64,000 nt of DNA from Batkoa obscura (GCA_030770535.1 JASVEC010000012.1:620001-684000); one strand, 5' to 3'; shown: positions 50,564 to 63,486, counted from the first letter of the stretch. The notes: a model not told the origin generated them from the sequence alone. Numbers and translations: made by a program.

Positions 50564-50659
50564 GGGGATGTTTTCTTTGATTTCATCACTTTTTCCATTT
50601 TTTGAGCGCTATTTAAGCGGAAAGATTGTTAGTAAAATTTTTGAAAAAAATACATCCCC
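50564..50659 (-). mobile_element. MITE copy 7
   Basis: GGGGATGTTTT...TACATCCCC; flanks ATGT/ATAT (one mismatch). Confidence 0.85.
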
Positions 50660-50817
50660 ATATAGTTGATTTATGATATTTTAAAGTTTTAAAAAAAGTG
50701 ATTAACAATAAATTAATTTTATTATAATAGAAGAAGAATATAGAATTCAAGTTTATTTATTTTCAAATCTCCTAATTATTTTCGTTTAATTCTTAAAAAA
50801 TCTCAAATTTATTTTAT

Positions 50818-52459
50818 TTACATTCTCTTTTTTGTCCTTGCTTTTGATAGTATCATACACTCTTCTAGTAATTTTTTTGCATTAACTTTTAAATATTTCA
50901 CAACTTCTCTTGAGTTCCATCTCAATTCTGGCTTTGGATGTAATAAAAAACATAATAACTCCAACCAACAATCATTATCTTTCAAATCTCTTTTTAAATG
51001 TTTATATTGTTCAATTGGATCTTCAATAATTTCTCTTATTTGCTTTAATTGTTTTTCTAATACTCCACCCCATGGTGATAAATTAGTTAAAATTCGAAAT
51101 ATTAAAATCCCTAAGCTATAAATATCTTCTTTTTTCGGGTCATATAATTTAATCGGTTGAATGAATTCTTGTTTATGATGGGTGGGGATAGTGAGAATAG
51201 ATCTATTATAATAATTAATAATTAATATTATATTTATATTTATATTTGTTTAGTACTATTATTACCTATATAGAACAAACCCATGTTCTGGTTTACATAA
51301 TTTAATTAAAGGTAAATGAATTAAATCATCTTTATCTATTAAACTATGTCTTTTAACTTGTATATTTTTAATAAAATTCATATTTAATGACATTGATTTA
51401 CCAAAATCAATAATAATTGGCTCATACTCTTTAATATCTTTTAAATTGTATGGATTTAAATGTTTTTTGATATCATTTATATTCTCTTCGTTCTCTTCTT
51501 TAATATTTAATAATTCAATTAAACTTCTGGTTAATAATACATTAACTTCACTTAAATCATTGTGAGCAATATCATATTGATGAATTAAATTTAATTTTAA
51601 TATTAATTGATAGATCATATGAAATTTAAATTTTCCGGTTAATTTATATCGTTTTGAATTTAATAACGTTTTTATATCAATTGAATACCTTTATATATTT
51701 ATTTATAAAATGATAAATGTTAATAATAACAACTTACTTTGGCATAATAAACCCACGAATATTTATTTTAGAATCAATTAATAAAGATTCAATCTTACCT
51801 ATCCCAGATGAGTTATTGAAATAACTAAATAGTATAAAAACATAATTAAATAAGATGTAATAAATTATTACCAATAAATACAAATTTCTTTAACTCTATC
51901 CATTAAATTAATAAAATTAAATTCATTAAAGCAACAAATAACTTGTTGTTCATTTCCTTCCATTTGATATAGCCTTTTAAACTTACCTTCCAACCCAATA
52001 GGCGCCATCTTTTTTTCAACTTCTTCAAACGAACTTAATTTTAATTCAGGGTAAAGATCAATAATTGCTAAAACAAATTGTATATATATATATTCAATTC
52101 AAATAACATTGAAACTTACTTTTAATTCCATAATAATCCCCTATTGATTTCAATGAAACTGATTTATCTAACAATCCCTTCCCATTAATGTTTAAACTTT
52201 TAAAAATATAACTTAAAATCAATTGATCCATCCTTTTGCCTTTATAATGTTCTAAAAGATCATTTAAATTTTGTTGAAATTCTAAAGTAGAGCCATAACC
52301 CGATTGTAGAGATGATGAATAACTGGTTTTTAATTCGCTGTCGGGGAACAATAGATTGAGGACTTGAAGTAAGGAATTGTGCTTCTTTGTGTTGTCGCTT
52401 CGCTTTCGTTTCTTTAAATTGAACGCAGGATCTAGTTGAGTGATATAGTAATTGTTCAT
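50818..52459 (-). CDS. Divergent protein-kinase-fold protein (probable pseudokinase); 5 exons
   Basis: RGFIMPK|YSID, HNDLSEVNVLL, IIDFGK, DIYSLGILI...PWGG, LLHPKPELRWN. Confidence 0.75.
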
Positions 52460-52632
52460 GTTAGTGCAAAGCTAACCCAGGTTACCTTGGTTTTGATCCA
52501 TCCTTGTCTTTTAAATTTGAAAAAGTTAAAAATAGATTTCTCATTTTATTTTTTCGAAATTAAAGCCAATTTTGAAACCGTTTTTTTTAATTTAGTTTAA
52601 AATCAATTTTTTAGAAAATCAACAAGATTGAA

Positions 52633-52705
52633 GCTCCGTTAGCTCAGTTGGCAGAGCGTGGTGCTAATAACGCTAAGGTCATAGGTTCAAGCCCTATACG
52701 GAGCA
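52633..52705 (+). tRNA. tRNA-Ile (anticodon AAT), intronless
   Basis: GCTCCGT acceptor stem pairs with ACGGAGC; D-arm GCTCAGTTGGCAGAGC; anticodon loop CTAATAA; T-loop GGTTCAAGCC; T-run terminator about 30 nt downstream. Confidence 0.95.
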
Positions 52706-53085
52706 TTATATGGTATGGATTTCTTATATACCATTTTTACTAAAATAGCTATGATTTTACTTCTTTCCACTAACATTTTTCCTTTATGTGTCTACTACTT
52801 TTAAAATAAAACATTAGCTATTTTTAATACTGGAATTTTATTTGAAATTAACAATAATTTATCTAATTTGATATTCAATTTAAGAATAGTATTAAATATT
52901 TTAAGTAAAAAATTATGTAAATTAGATTAAAAAGTATATGGATTAAATTTTGAAACAAAAAATCATAATGTTTCATATTGTTTAAAAATCATATACTATT
53001 CTGTATATCATATACAATCTTTATTTATTACTCACTAGCTTATTATTTTATTTAATAAAAGTTAAAACTAAAAAAAGCAACATAT

Positions 53086-55948
53086 GGGGGTGTCCGAATT
53101 GGTTTCATTTTTTTATCCAATTTTTAAATATTTATATTTTAAAAACTTTGCTTAAAATTCTATAAAAATAAATTCTTTATTAAAAGCAAAAGTACCCGAC
53201 ACAGTTTTAAATTATTTTGTTATAATTTATATTGTTAATTAGCGGAATTTTTGCTAAATTTAATATAAATTTCTGGATTAGCAAAGATTTTACCAATATA
53301 GCCTGTATATTGATATTAGTCAAAGTTGTAATATGTAAATAAATATATACTTTTATATAACTTTATTAAGAAATATTTATTATTAACTGTTTTATATTTA
53401 ACACTGCAGATTTGCTATCAAATAAATAGATAATTTTGAGGTTATGATTACATTATTAATATATCGCTAAGTTAATAAATAGCTGCATGGGAGGGAGTGG
53501 TTAGCCCCAAAACTATAATTAACCATCCCTATGTAACACAAGCAGTGTAATAATAGTTTTTACTTATCATTACAACTACTTGGTCTTTGACTATTTATTA
53601 ACTTAGCTATTAATAATTTAATATCAACATTTAATAATTGATTTCTATCATCTAATAAACTACTTACTTGCTTACTAAATATTGAAACTTTTAAATTTTC
53701 TGTTATTTTTGTAAGATAAGCTGGGGTTGATCTTTTAATTTTTCTATCCTCTATAGACTCTATAACTTTAATTGAAATTATATCGCTTTTTTTTGATCTA
53801 TCAGATACTGGATAACAGTGTAGTTTTTCACCACGTTTAATAAGATGTAAATACTTTTTAATACCTTTTATTTTTATTATTTTTTTTATATCTTTATTTC
53901 TTTCATACTTTTTAAAAATCATATTTATTTGCCCATTATTGACCAGTTGAGTTATTAAATCTATTATTTTCACAAACAAAAATCTCAAATTTTGAAATTA
54001 ATTGATCAATATCTTCTATTTTACCTAATGCTTCAAGATTATTTTTCCACTGTGAAAGATTTCCAAAATGCCCGTCAACTATATTTTTTCCATGATGCTG
54101 AGCAAAAAAATTAAGATCAATATTTAAACTACTATTTATTTTATAAATTTCTTCAAATATATAATGTAAAAACTCTTGAGATTAAAATGATATCCTGTAT
54201 CTGCCCATATATTAATTTTTGTAAACTTTTTAAACAAAGGCTCTTTAGATATTGAATCAATTAAACAATCTCCTGCATATGCTGAATCATGATTTAATAT
54301 TTCAGATAAATAATCAAAATAAATTTTGCCTATTGTTTTATCGTTTTTTAAATACAAAACGCCAAACCCTAATATTGATATAGCTTGTTTGTTATAATGA
54401 TCTAAGTTTATTGGATCTGGTCTTGTTCCTATTTCCATATTTTGTTTAAAGTCTAGAATTATTATACAACTTCTATTATTTAATTTTTCAATAGTTTCAT
54501 TAAGTATGTTTTTTTGAGTATCAACACAAAATTCATGTAATTTATATAACCTTTTTTCTTTATTAAAAGATTCCTCTATCTCTGCTTTATTTTCTGTCGT
54601 ATTTATTTTATTTTCAAATAACTTTTTTCTAACTGTATACTGGGCATATATATTACATAAATCTGTTTTTCTTGCTGGATTTTTAAAATTATTTGGTATA
54701 TATTTAAATAATGTTGACCTAGCTACTGCTTTATCTTTTAAATCATTAAAATATTTACTGTATATCATTCTTCTATTTTTATTTAATATATATATATTAT
54801 CTGACGAATATTTATTATCATTATTTTTTTTACTAAATCTCGATGAAATAGTTGAATTATCAAGTAAATATTGTATAATAATCTCAATTTGCTCATCTTT
54901 AATTTTTTTTGTATTTTTGATAGTAGGTTGTAATGTTGGTGTTTTATTATTATTGATTATTTTTGAATAATCATATTGATTTCTACTTGTATTAAATCCA
55001 AAACTTTTACATTCATCAAAAGAATATACTGAAGCTATAGTCGATAATAATGCTACTTGTTGGTTTTTATTTCCTGTTTCCCTTAAAACACTAATTTTAT
55101 ACATTGCTTGATTAAGTCTGTTATTATTAATAGTAAAATTTAATAACATTTTTTTTCTTTTTTTTGTTTTATTATAAAATCCTATAAACTCTGGGTTATT
55201 GTGAATAGTTGTTAAAATTGATGTAGATGAATTACAATGTTTATATAATGTGCTTCTCCCTATCGTATTAAATTTTTTAGAAATTCCATTTCGAAGTTTA
55301 GTTATAAAAGCTTGCATTTTGTTTTTATTTTAATAAAAAATAAAGTCAAATAATTATATAATTATATATTATATAGCTATTGAATATTTAATAAAGAATA
55401 CAAAACACTGTGAAATATCGTTTCATCAGCTCTGTGATTGATTATCGCATAATAATCACTTAACTTGTTTACAAAACTAGTTGGAGTATAAAATAGATTT
55501 TTCAACATAATAGCTCAAGGCTTTTTAATTGAATTGTTCCCTAATATTTTACTTTTAATAAAGCCACTAAGTCTTTCTGACAATATCTTATGTAGATTTT
55601 ACAGTAGTATCCTGTATTCTATTTATTTTACATAGCTCGTAGCTTATTGCGTATTACTCCTATTGATTTAAGTCTATCTTAGCTACATAAACTAAGGCCT
55701 TTTGACTTACGGCCAGTTAACTAAGCTAGAACTGCCTCTAACTTCAATTACTGAGTACTAACTTTCACAAACATATAATCAAAAAAATAAAATAAAATAA
55801 AATAAATAAAATAAGTCTTTAAGTTAAATTTTTATATTTAGTTTTAAGCTTTTTAAATTTAGCTGATCATACATTAAAGACACAAATTTAAAAACTTAAA
55901 ATTTGGATTAATTTCTAGTTAAATTCTGAAACCAATTCGGACACCCCC
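53086..55948 (-). mobile_element. Full-length Sola2-like DNA transposon (2,863 bp)
   Basis: Perfect 22-bp TIRs GGGGGTGTCCGAATTGGTTTCA (53086-53107) and TGAAACCAATTCGGACACCCCC (55927-55948); 4-bp TSD ATAT (53082-85, 55949-52); internal transposase. Confidence 0.92.
53560..55317 (-). pseudogene. Sola2-like DDD transposase with two frameshifts
   Basis: TDLC..Y motif; putative catalytic segments ILDFKQN, IWADTGYHF and (shifted frame, ~54075-54110) FFAQHHGKNIVDGHFG; -1 nt at ~54182 and +1 nt at ~53943. Confidence 0.8.
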
Positions 55949-56085
55949 ATATATTATGATAAATAATTTAAGACTGCTAAAATACTTTTGTTTTTTAATA
56001 AAAAACAGCTTTTAAAATTACAATTATTATTTAAAAAGTTTTTTTAAATGATTTTATCAATATGTTAAAATTAATAGTATTAAAT

Positions 56086-56180
56086 GAGGATATGTTTTTT
56101 TGTTTAATAATTTTACTAATAATTTTTCCGCTCAAATAGTGCTTAAAAAATGGAAAAAGTGATGAAACCAAAACATCCCC
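56086..56180 (+). mobile_element. MITE copy 8
   Basis: GAGGATATG...GAAACCAAAACATCCCC; flanks AAAT/TAAT. Confidence 0.85.
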
Positions 56181-57366
56181 TAATGGTTTTCAATTAGTAA
56201 ATTAATACTAAAAATCTTTTAGATTTATTATATTAAAAAAACAAACTTAATAAATATATACTTTTTTAACTATCTTACTTGCTTTTTTATAACTTTAAGT
56301 TTAAAATTCTATGTTATATTCAACATTTATTATTATATTTTTAATAACTTAAAACTAAAATCATTAACTATAATAAAAGCTGGACCTTTTATTTTTTGTT
56401 TTTTATTTAGTATAAGCTTCTTTTTTAGTGATAAAGCATTTAAAAATTCTTTGCTTTTATAAAATTCTAAAATAATTAAAAATCGTACATTTGATTTAAA
56501 ACAAGAACAATGTTAATATTTTTATTTTTCAAAAGCCAATAAACCCTTTGAGTACCAAGTACAAACATTTAAAAAAAATTCTGTTTGGTTGGATCGGAAT
56601 TTTTGATCCATCTTTTAATTATTGTAGAATGATTTCTGCTTACTTAAGGCTAATTTGACAAACTATACTTATCAATGACACTCAAGTTGTTAAAGTTTAC
56701 TTTTAAAGTAAATTTTATATTATATAATAACAGTGCATTACTTATTAAATGATCAAAATATATAAAATGCTGCATTTAAAATATTATTGATTTGTATAAT
56801 TTATAATAATAAGCATTATAAATTATATAATAAATAAAATATTTTGGCTTCACATAATTAAGGTTTTTAAAATATTAGCTTTTAAATGACATACCTAACC
56901 CTGAACTTACAATTAATATAAAATTAACACTGAAATTCATAATTTTTAAAAATCTAAAAATAGATAAAAAAATGCCTAGATAGAACATTGCAATGCAGGT
57001 GGTTAAAATTCATATTTCTCCGCTTTATTTATATTTGAATTATAACTTTAATTGCAATATAATATAAATTATTGATTGGTGTAAGCTGGGATATTTAAAT
57101 ATTAAAAATTAAAAATGGCTTAACTTTAAAATTGGTGAAATATGTTTAATCATAGAACCACCAGAAAAACATAAAATATTAGTTTTCAATATAAAAATTT
57201 AAACAGGAATAAGCTATGGACCAAAAATTGATAAGAGTAAATAAAATGAACCATCTTATGATAATATTTCTTTTCAACAGTTGTTATCATAATAGAGAGA
57301 GTAATTGGGGCAGCGACATGATGTGGTTAAATTGGTTAAACAATCAAATATTAATTGATTTTGAAA

Positions 57367-58788
57367 TTAATGACGAGGGGGATCCTGAAATTTACTGCTA
57401 CTGCGAAGGCTAGATAAAGATTAAAATATAGTAGATATAATGAAACTAAAACATACTTACATTCGATCAGATGGTTCAATGTTTCTGTTTCCAGTAGGTC
57501 CTTGCTCATTCCCTTCTTGACGTGATTTGCGAACTGGAGCACGACCTGCTGCTAAATTTGCGGTTTGAATATTGGCTGGGTTAGGTGCATTAGGGTTTGG
57601 ACGAGATGAAGTGATAGGCTAAAGGATTATTAATATAACTCATATCTCAATAAATATTTAGTTTACTTCATTTGCATCCTTATTTTGACTTTCCTATAAA
57701 AAATATTTAGATTCAAAATAAATCAACAATAATAGTACTACATATTTCTTTAGGGTCCAATCAAATACATAATCATAAGAAAATCCTTCACGAACAAAAA
57801 GATCGCGGAATAATTTTCTCAGGTAAGTATAATCAGGTTTATCATCAAAGCGTAAGCTACGTGTATAGTTGAGATAAATGGCAAATTCTCTTTTATATCC
57901 TGCACATAATACATCAGTTGGGGTTGTCATCTTTTTTTCCATAATCCTATCATATTTTTGCTTTTTAGATGCAGCTTTCAAACCTTGCCATGGAAGTGAA
58001 CCACGGCAGAAATACATTAAAACATATCCAAGTGATTCGAGATCATCTCTACGACTTTGTTCTATTAAAGTATTAATATTAAGTAAAATAAAAATCTATA
58101 GAATATTTACCGACTCCTAAATGAGTATTAACACTAGCGTATCTTGCAGTTCCAGTGAGGTTTTTATTCTCACGATAGGGAATATGTAAATAAGTCCTTG
58201 GATCACGGTATTTTTTAGCTAAGCCAAAATCAATTACGTTAACTTGGTTTGCTCTTCTACCTACTCCCATTAAAAAGTTATCTGGCTTAATATCACGATG
58301 TAAAAAGTTTTTAGAGTGAATATATTCAATTCTAGATAACTAAAAAAAATCAGGGTTATTTTCAAATATTAAACAAAAATTCATACTAATTGATCAGCTA
58401 ATAAAAGCACTGTTTTAAGCCCAAATTTCCTATTGCAAAAATTAAATAAATCTTCAAGGGAAGGCCCTAATAAATCCATAACAAGGAAGTTATAATCTCC
58501 TTCAGTACAAAAATTGCGTACAAAAGGGATTCCCACCCCTCCTGCAAGAATCCTATAAACCTTAGATTCGTACTCAAGTTGAGGATGACGCGCTTTATTT
58601 GATTCCACTTTTATTGCAATTTCTTCCCCACTTACACAATTTACGCCTGATTTTGTTAAAACAGATTATTTTATATTTATAATAACCTCACCTATATAAA
58701 TTTCTCCAAAAGATCCAGATCCGATTTTTTTTCCAAGTTTATACTTGTTCATAATTCGGGTTGGCATGGGAGGTCTTTCTGAGCTCAT
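57367..58788 (-). CDS. HRR25: Casein kinase I (delta/epsilon, Hrr25/Hhp1-like); multi-exon
   Basis: [18 protein letters not shown]|...IAIKVES...HPQLEYE...[13 protein letters not shown]...[12 protein letters not shown]...[11 protein letters not shown]...[13 protein letters not shown]...[11 protein letters not shown]...LPWQGLKA. Confidence 0.95.
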
Positions 58789-59456
58789 TTTTAAAATTGA
58801 ACTAAATTATATTTTTTTAAAAGGGTGAAATTGGACTAATATAATAAATTTATTGAATATATCGTTTTAAAATATAATCAAAAAGTAATTTGAATAAAAA
58901 AATTGGATGGATGTGCTGCTTAACGTTTTATCGACAATAAGAAAATGAACGGTAATTCCTAAAACATGTTGAAGTTATCTAATTTTACTAACAATTCTGC
59001 TTAGAATTTATTTAGTTTCACATCACCTTTTAAGCCAATCATTAGTTGATTATCTTAAATTTGATCAATCATTGAATACCACCTTTCAAATGGCGACGAA
59101 TGAGAATAAATATGATTTCTAACTTTATGGGACATTAATTTATGATGCCTAATATAGTGTGCTAAGGTGTTCTATTTATAAATTGAAGAAAGTGTGGTAG
59201 TTTTAAATTAAAATTTAATACAACAATTAACCTTAACTCATCAAGCGCATATGTCGTATATTACGTCATGGGTGAGAGTAGCTTTTAACCAGTGAAGCCA
59301 TAAATTCAAGCAATCAAATCAATTAATGACTAAATACTATCTATTGGCTATAGAATAAATAATGACTTTATTAGCATAAGGAGTTAACGTCAGCCGCTTT
59401 TTTCGAAAATTTGGAGACGTTTGAGGGGTTAATATAAGAATCAGTACTTTTTATAT

Positions 59457-59552
59457 GAGGGTGTTTTCTGGTTTCATTATTTTTTCGATTTTTAAGCGCT
59501 ATTTGAGTGGAAAGATTGTTAGTGAAATCCTTAAACACAAAAATACATCCCC
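59457..59552 (-). mobile_element. MITE copy 9
   Basis: GAGGGTGTTTTCTGGTTTCA...AATACATCCCC; ATAT TSD. Confidence 0.9.
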
Positions 59553-59749
59553 ATATAATATTAGCTTTGTTATATTATTACTAAAATTGATAAATTTTTA
59601 TATTTCGTGATATAGACATAAAAGTAGATCTTGGTAAGCTTTTACCAACTTTGATAATGTTAGCACTAATTTCATGTTTTTTCGAGAATAAATATAAAAT
59701 TAGAAGTGAAAAAAAACCAAAGTAGCAAAATAAAATCTGTTTACAGTAT

Positions 59750-59842
59750 GGTGATGTATTTCTGTTTAAGGATTTTACCAACAATTTTTCCACTCAAATA
59801 GCGCTTAAAGATGGAAAAAATGATGAAACCAAAAAGTCCCCC
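59750..59842 (+). mobile_element. MITE copy 10
   Basis: GGTGATGTATTT...GAAACCAAAAAGTCCCCC; flanks GTAT/TTAT. Confidence 0.82.
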
Positions 59843-60753
59843 TTATATATGATTATTTTATGATACAAGCTTTAAATCTTGTTTATAGACTATAAAACTT
59901 GGTAGCTGAGACTATGTTCCCTGTTATGTAAATATCAGTTCAACCAATACTAGTTATTTGAATTAGCAAGTATCAATAATAGTGAATATGTTCCTTAAAT
60001 GCAGCTTTTAAAATATGACTGCTTTTGGTGGATTTTCAAGCTTACACATTGTTCTAAAATCCTGTAATTAAAGTTGACCTATAAAATTAATATTCTCTTT
60101 TTTGACCAATAGCATTCTTATTTCATCAAAATACCTAACCCAAAAGAATTTGAGGTGTCTTTTTTCTTTTAGTATTGTCCATTTGTTAAGCAGTTTAAAA
60201 TTTCGAAAATCCTTATTAAAATTAAAAAACATCACTGTATTGTTTGTGTTCAATCTGAATTTAATAATTCAAGCTTCCAAGTGCACTTAACAAACTGGAT
60301 TGAAAACGACGTTTTCTCATATTTATCCTTAGACTTAAAAATCGCTTCCCTTAAAATGAAGCAAGTTGATGTCTAAATGACCTTCTGTTTTTTACGCATT
60401 TGTTTTATTCTCCTAAGCAAGCAATTACCCAGAGTTCTGTATAAAAACGTTATTTCAAATAGCTATAATAAATAAAAAAGAATAAATAAAATTAGTTAAC
60501 TAACACTTTATCAAAGTATTGTATTTTTTTGGCTTAAAGCTACTATTATTAAAGTTAGTTTAACGAGTAGTTTTATATTTGTTAAGTAATTATTGTATAA
60601 ATTTTTTTTTTTGAATATTTTAAATTGCAATATTAGAACAAAAAATAATACGTCATATAAAATAAAACTCATATAAAAATGAATAATTTAATAAAGCATT
60701 AGCTTGCTAGTTCAATATTCAATACGTTATTGCAATTAAAATATCGTAATAGT

Positions 60754-61397
60754 TTAACGATTTTCGATCCAGGCGTTTTCTTTACGGATTTCAGCTTCTT
60801 CTTCCTCTGTGAAGTCGTTAATAATATTGAACTCTTCCCTGATTTGTTGAATGTTTTTACCTATTCAACCTATTACTATATTGTAGCTGTTTAAATATAA
60901 AAAATCTTACCGCGAATCATATTGGCAATCATTTTACAGCAGACTTGGATCAAAGGTTTAATGTCCAAGTAGTTAGCGGCCTATGAATTAAACACAATTA
61001 ATTATGATTTAAAACTATTTTAGCGTAGATCATACCAAAATAAGCTCATACAGGCTTTCTTTATCTAACTTAGCAAAGTTGAAATCCCAAGGGTCAATAT
61101 CTTCGATGGCTCTAGCTCTGTTTGGTGGCTCATCGTCCTCTTCTTCTTCAACTACAGGATCATCTCTGTGGTGCTCGCAATATTCAATAATCCTTAATAA
61201 GGTTTCTTCATTAACGTTCATTAAAGGAATAGCTAAAATCTACGCTTAAAAGTAATGCAAAATAAAAATAAAAAAGACTTACAAGCATCGGCATCATTAG
61301 TATCTTCCAATAATCCTTTGATTAGTTTTGATCTTTCAATGACACTTCTTTCAACTTTGACTTCTTTATTATCCGAGGTAGTAAGAATGATGGGCAT
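60754..61397 (-). CDS. SKP1: SCF subunit Skp1; 4 exons
   Basis: [32 protein letters not shown]...[21 protein letters not shown]...[60 protein letters not shown]. Confidence 0.95.
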
Positions 61398-61883
61398 CTT
61401 TAAAAAGTATAAAAGAAAATATCAACTCTATTCACTTTTTATACCTTTTTTTACATAATTTTTTAAACTCAAGGTAGAACCAATAATCTTTCATAGTTTT
61501 GCGTAGTTGGGAGGAAATTGATTGAAACGGCTCTGTATTTAAACAGGTTTCATAGGAAGTATGGTTGCCCATTAAATAAACTTTTTGATAAAAAACCTTA
61601 ATAACTAGTTAAAATATTACTGATGATGCATTTGTTCAAGTTTTTTGTATATAAAATTGAGTTTATAATGGTTAATAACCTAAATCTGAATCTCAATCTT
61701 TAACGATTGTCCTTGCCCATAACGTTCTTATGCTATTGTGTGTAGAATTGAGCAAATAAAAGCTACAATCACAGTAGTAAAAGAACAAAAATTCTTTTAT
61801 TAGCATCAATTTACTTAAAAATCTAACCAAATTTTTGTTTAGTAAATTATTGATGTATAACTAATGATCCGATTTAAGCGTAG

Positions 61884-61975
61884 ATTAGGCATTTTCACTT
61901 TTGTATTTTCTATGTTTAATCATAGGGGCTTTTTTCTTTGTCTATCCAATAAATACAAAATTGAAAATGCCTAAT
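61884..61975. repeat. Inverted repeat (25-bp arms, 1 mismatch, 42-bp spacer)
   Basis: ATTAGGCATTTTCACTTTTGTATTT (61884-61908) versus AAATACAAAATTGAAAATGCCTAAT (61951-61975). Confidence 0.8.
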
Positions 61976-62274
61976 ACATGTTTAAAGTGTATTAATAGTA
62001 GCAATTTATCAAACACAATTTGTTATAACAATTTTTTACCCTTGATATTAGGTTCATATTGATCATTGTCACAAAAAAAAGTTAGAATACAATTATTTCT
62101 TAATTGTGATTATATTTATCTTTTTATGTAAATCATCATTTAATTACATGAGTTTTACGCTAATAACTTTACAATCTGATTGAAATTTTAAGCTGAGAAA
62201 TTAATTTACCAAATGAAAAAAAAGAAACAAGTTAGAATATTTTTTGAAAAAGATCACAAAACTTTAAAAAAAAA

Positions 62275-63415
62275 ATGCAACCTTTAACAATAACAAATGT
62301 GAAGGAGTTAATCTTTAACAAATATAAACTAGCCCTGAATTGTAATAAATTATTTTATTATCCTTCCATCGATTATTCTTTAAGCAAAAAAAATTTGATT
62401 CAAGTAAATCTCATCTACCTTTTATTTAGAACAAGGATAGATTAACAATAATTTTAGTATCAGATCCGCCTTGTACCTGCATTAAAAAAGAAAACAGAAA
62501 AAAGAGAGGAAAGTTTTAATAAAAAAGAGCCAACAAAACCAATTAAATCAACCCTTAAAAATACTAACCCTTTTTTACCTTGTGATCCAGACTTATTGAT
62601 AAGTGATACGTTATACCCAAACCATAACTTGGTATTAAATAAGTTTTGTGTGGTACCAGGACATATTTTACTAACTACAAAAGGTAATTTAAACTATTCA
62701 CATTTACTCAATAAAATTTATTTAGACCAAAAATTAGAATATGAATCTCAAGACATTCCGTTAAATGTAGTTGATTTTGAAGCGTTAATAGATTTGATGG
62801 TCAACTATGGACCAGATAAATTATTAGCTTTTTTTAACTGTGGCAAAAATTCAGGGGCGAGGTAATAGGTTTAATATGCTTTATTTTAAAATTAATTTAG
62901 TTTATAAAAGTCAACCACATAAACATATTCAATTGATTCCTTTAAGTATAAACGAACCCCCAATCAAACATTCTTTAGATAAACTTATGGAAGATTTAGA
63001 ACACGGTATTATTACTTGTAAAATATTATAATGTACTATTGATATATGTTTTTTAGATAAAATTTATGAACTTTCTGACTTACCTTATTCCCATCGAATA
63101 GTAAAATTAAGTGACTCAGTTAGTAATACCTCCCCAACAACTGTTTTTAATTTTTATAATTTAATGATACAACAGTTAAAGAGCGATTCAATGTTACATC
63201 ATAATTTAACTTTATTTAATAATTATATTTATGTATTACCAAGGAAAGAGGCTCATTTTATTTTAGAGAATGAAACTTTTTCTATCAATTCTTTAGGCTC
63301 AGTACATATGATTATGGCAAAAGATGAAACGCAACTAAATTTATTAAAAGAAGAGATAGGGAGCTCAAATTTAGAGTTTTGGGCTGGAAGCTGGGTTGGT
63401 TTTAAAAAAGAATAA
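62275..63415 (+). CDS. Ap4A phosphorylase / ATP adenylyltransferase (Apa1/Apa2 family); multi-exon
   Basis: NPFLP...LNKFCVVPGHILLTT...AFFNCGKNSGA|SQPHKHIQ (HxHxQ motif)...FSINSLG. Confidence 0.88.
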
Positions 63416-63486
63416 TAAAGTTTTACTTTAATTAACTATTATCAATGTGCTAATATACTAATATACTAATACATACTCTTTGTTCT

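Noticed and set aside
53940..54190. Programmed frameshifting or an intron rescuing the transposase
   Set aside because: The shifted segment contains the putative third catalytic Asp and so cannot be an intron; the paralogous copy lacks the +1 base, pointing to mutation or assembly error.
17705..59842. Dispersed ~97-bp repeats considered as a CRISPR array, SINE or ncRNA family
   Set aside because: Not tandem with spacers; no Pol III boxes or poly(A) tail; TIR-like ends and 4-bp TSDs indicate a DNA-transposon MITE.
59581..60290. ORFs 59581..59793, 60068..60253 and 60102..60290
   Set aside because: Short, mostly non-ATG starts, AT-rich, no motifs; the first begins inside a MITE.
25990..61397. 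F-box gene, CK1 and SKP1 in one window as an SCF gene cluster
   Set aside because: Separated by more than 30 kb of unrelated genes; consistent with chance.
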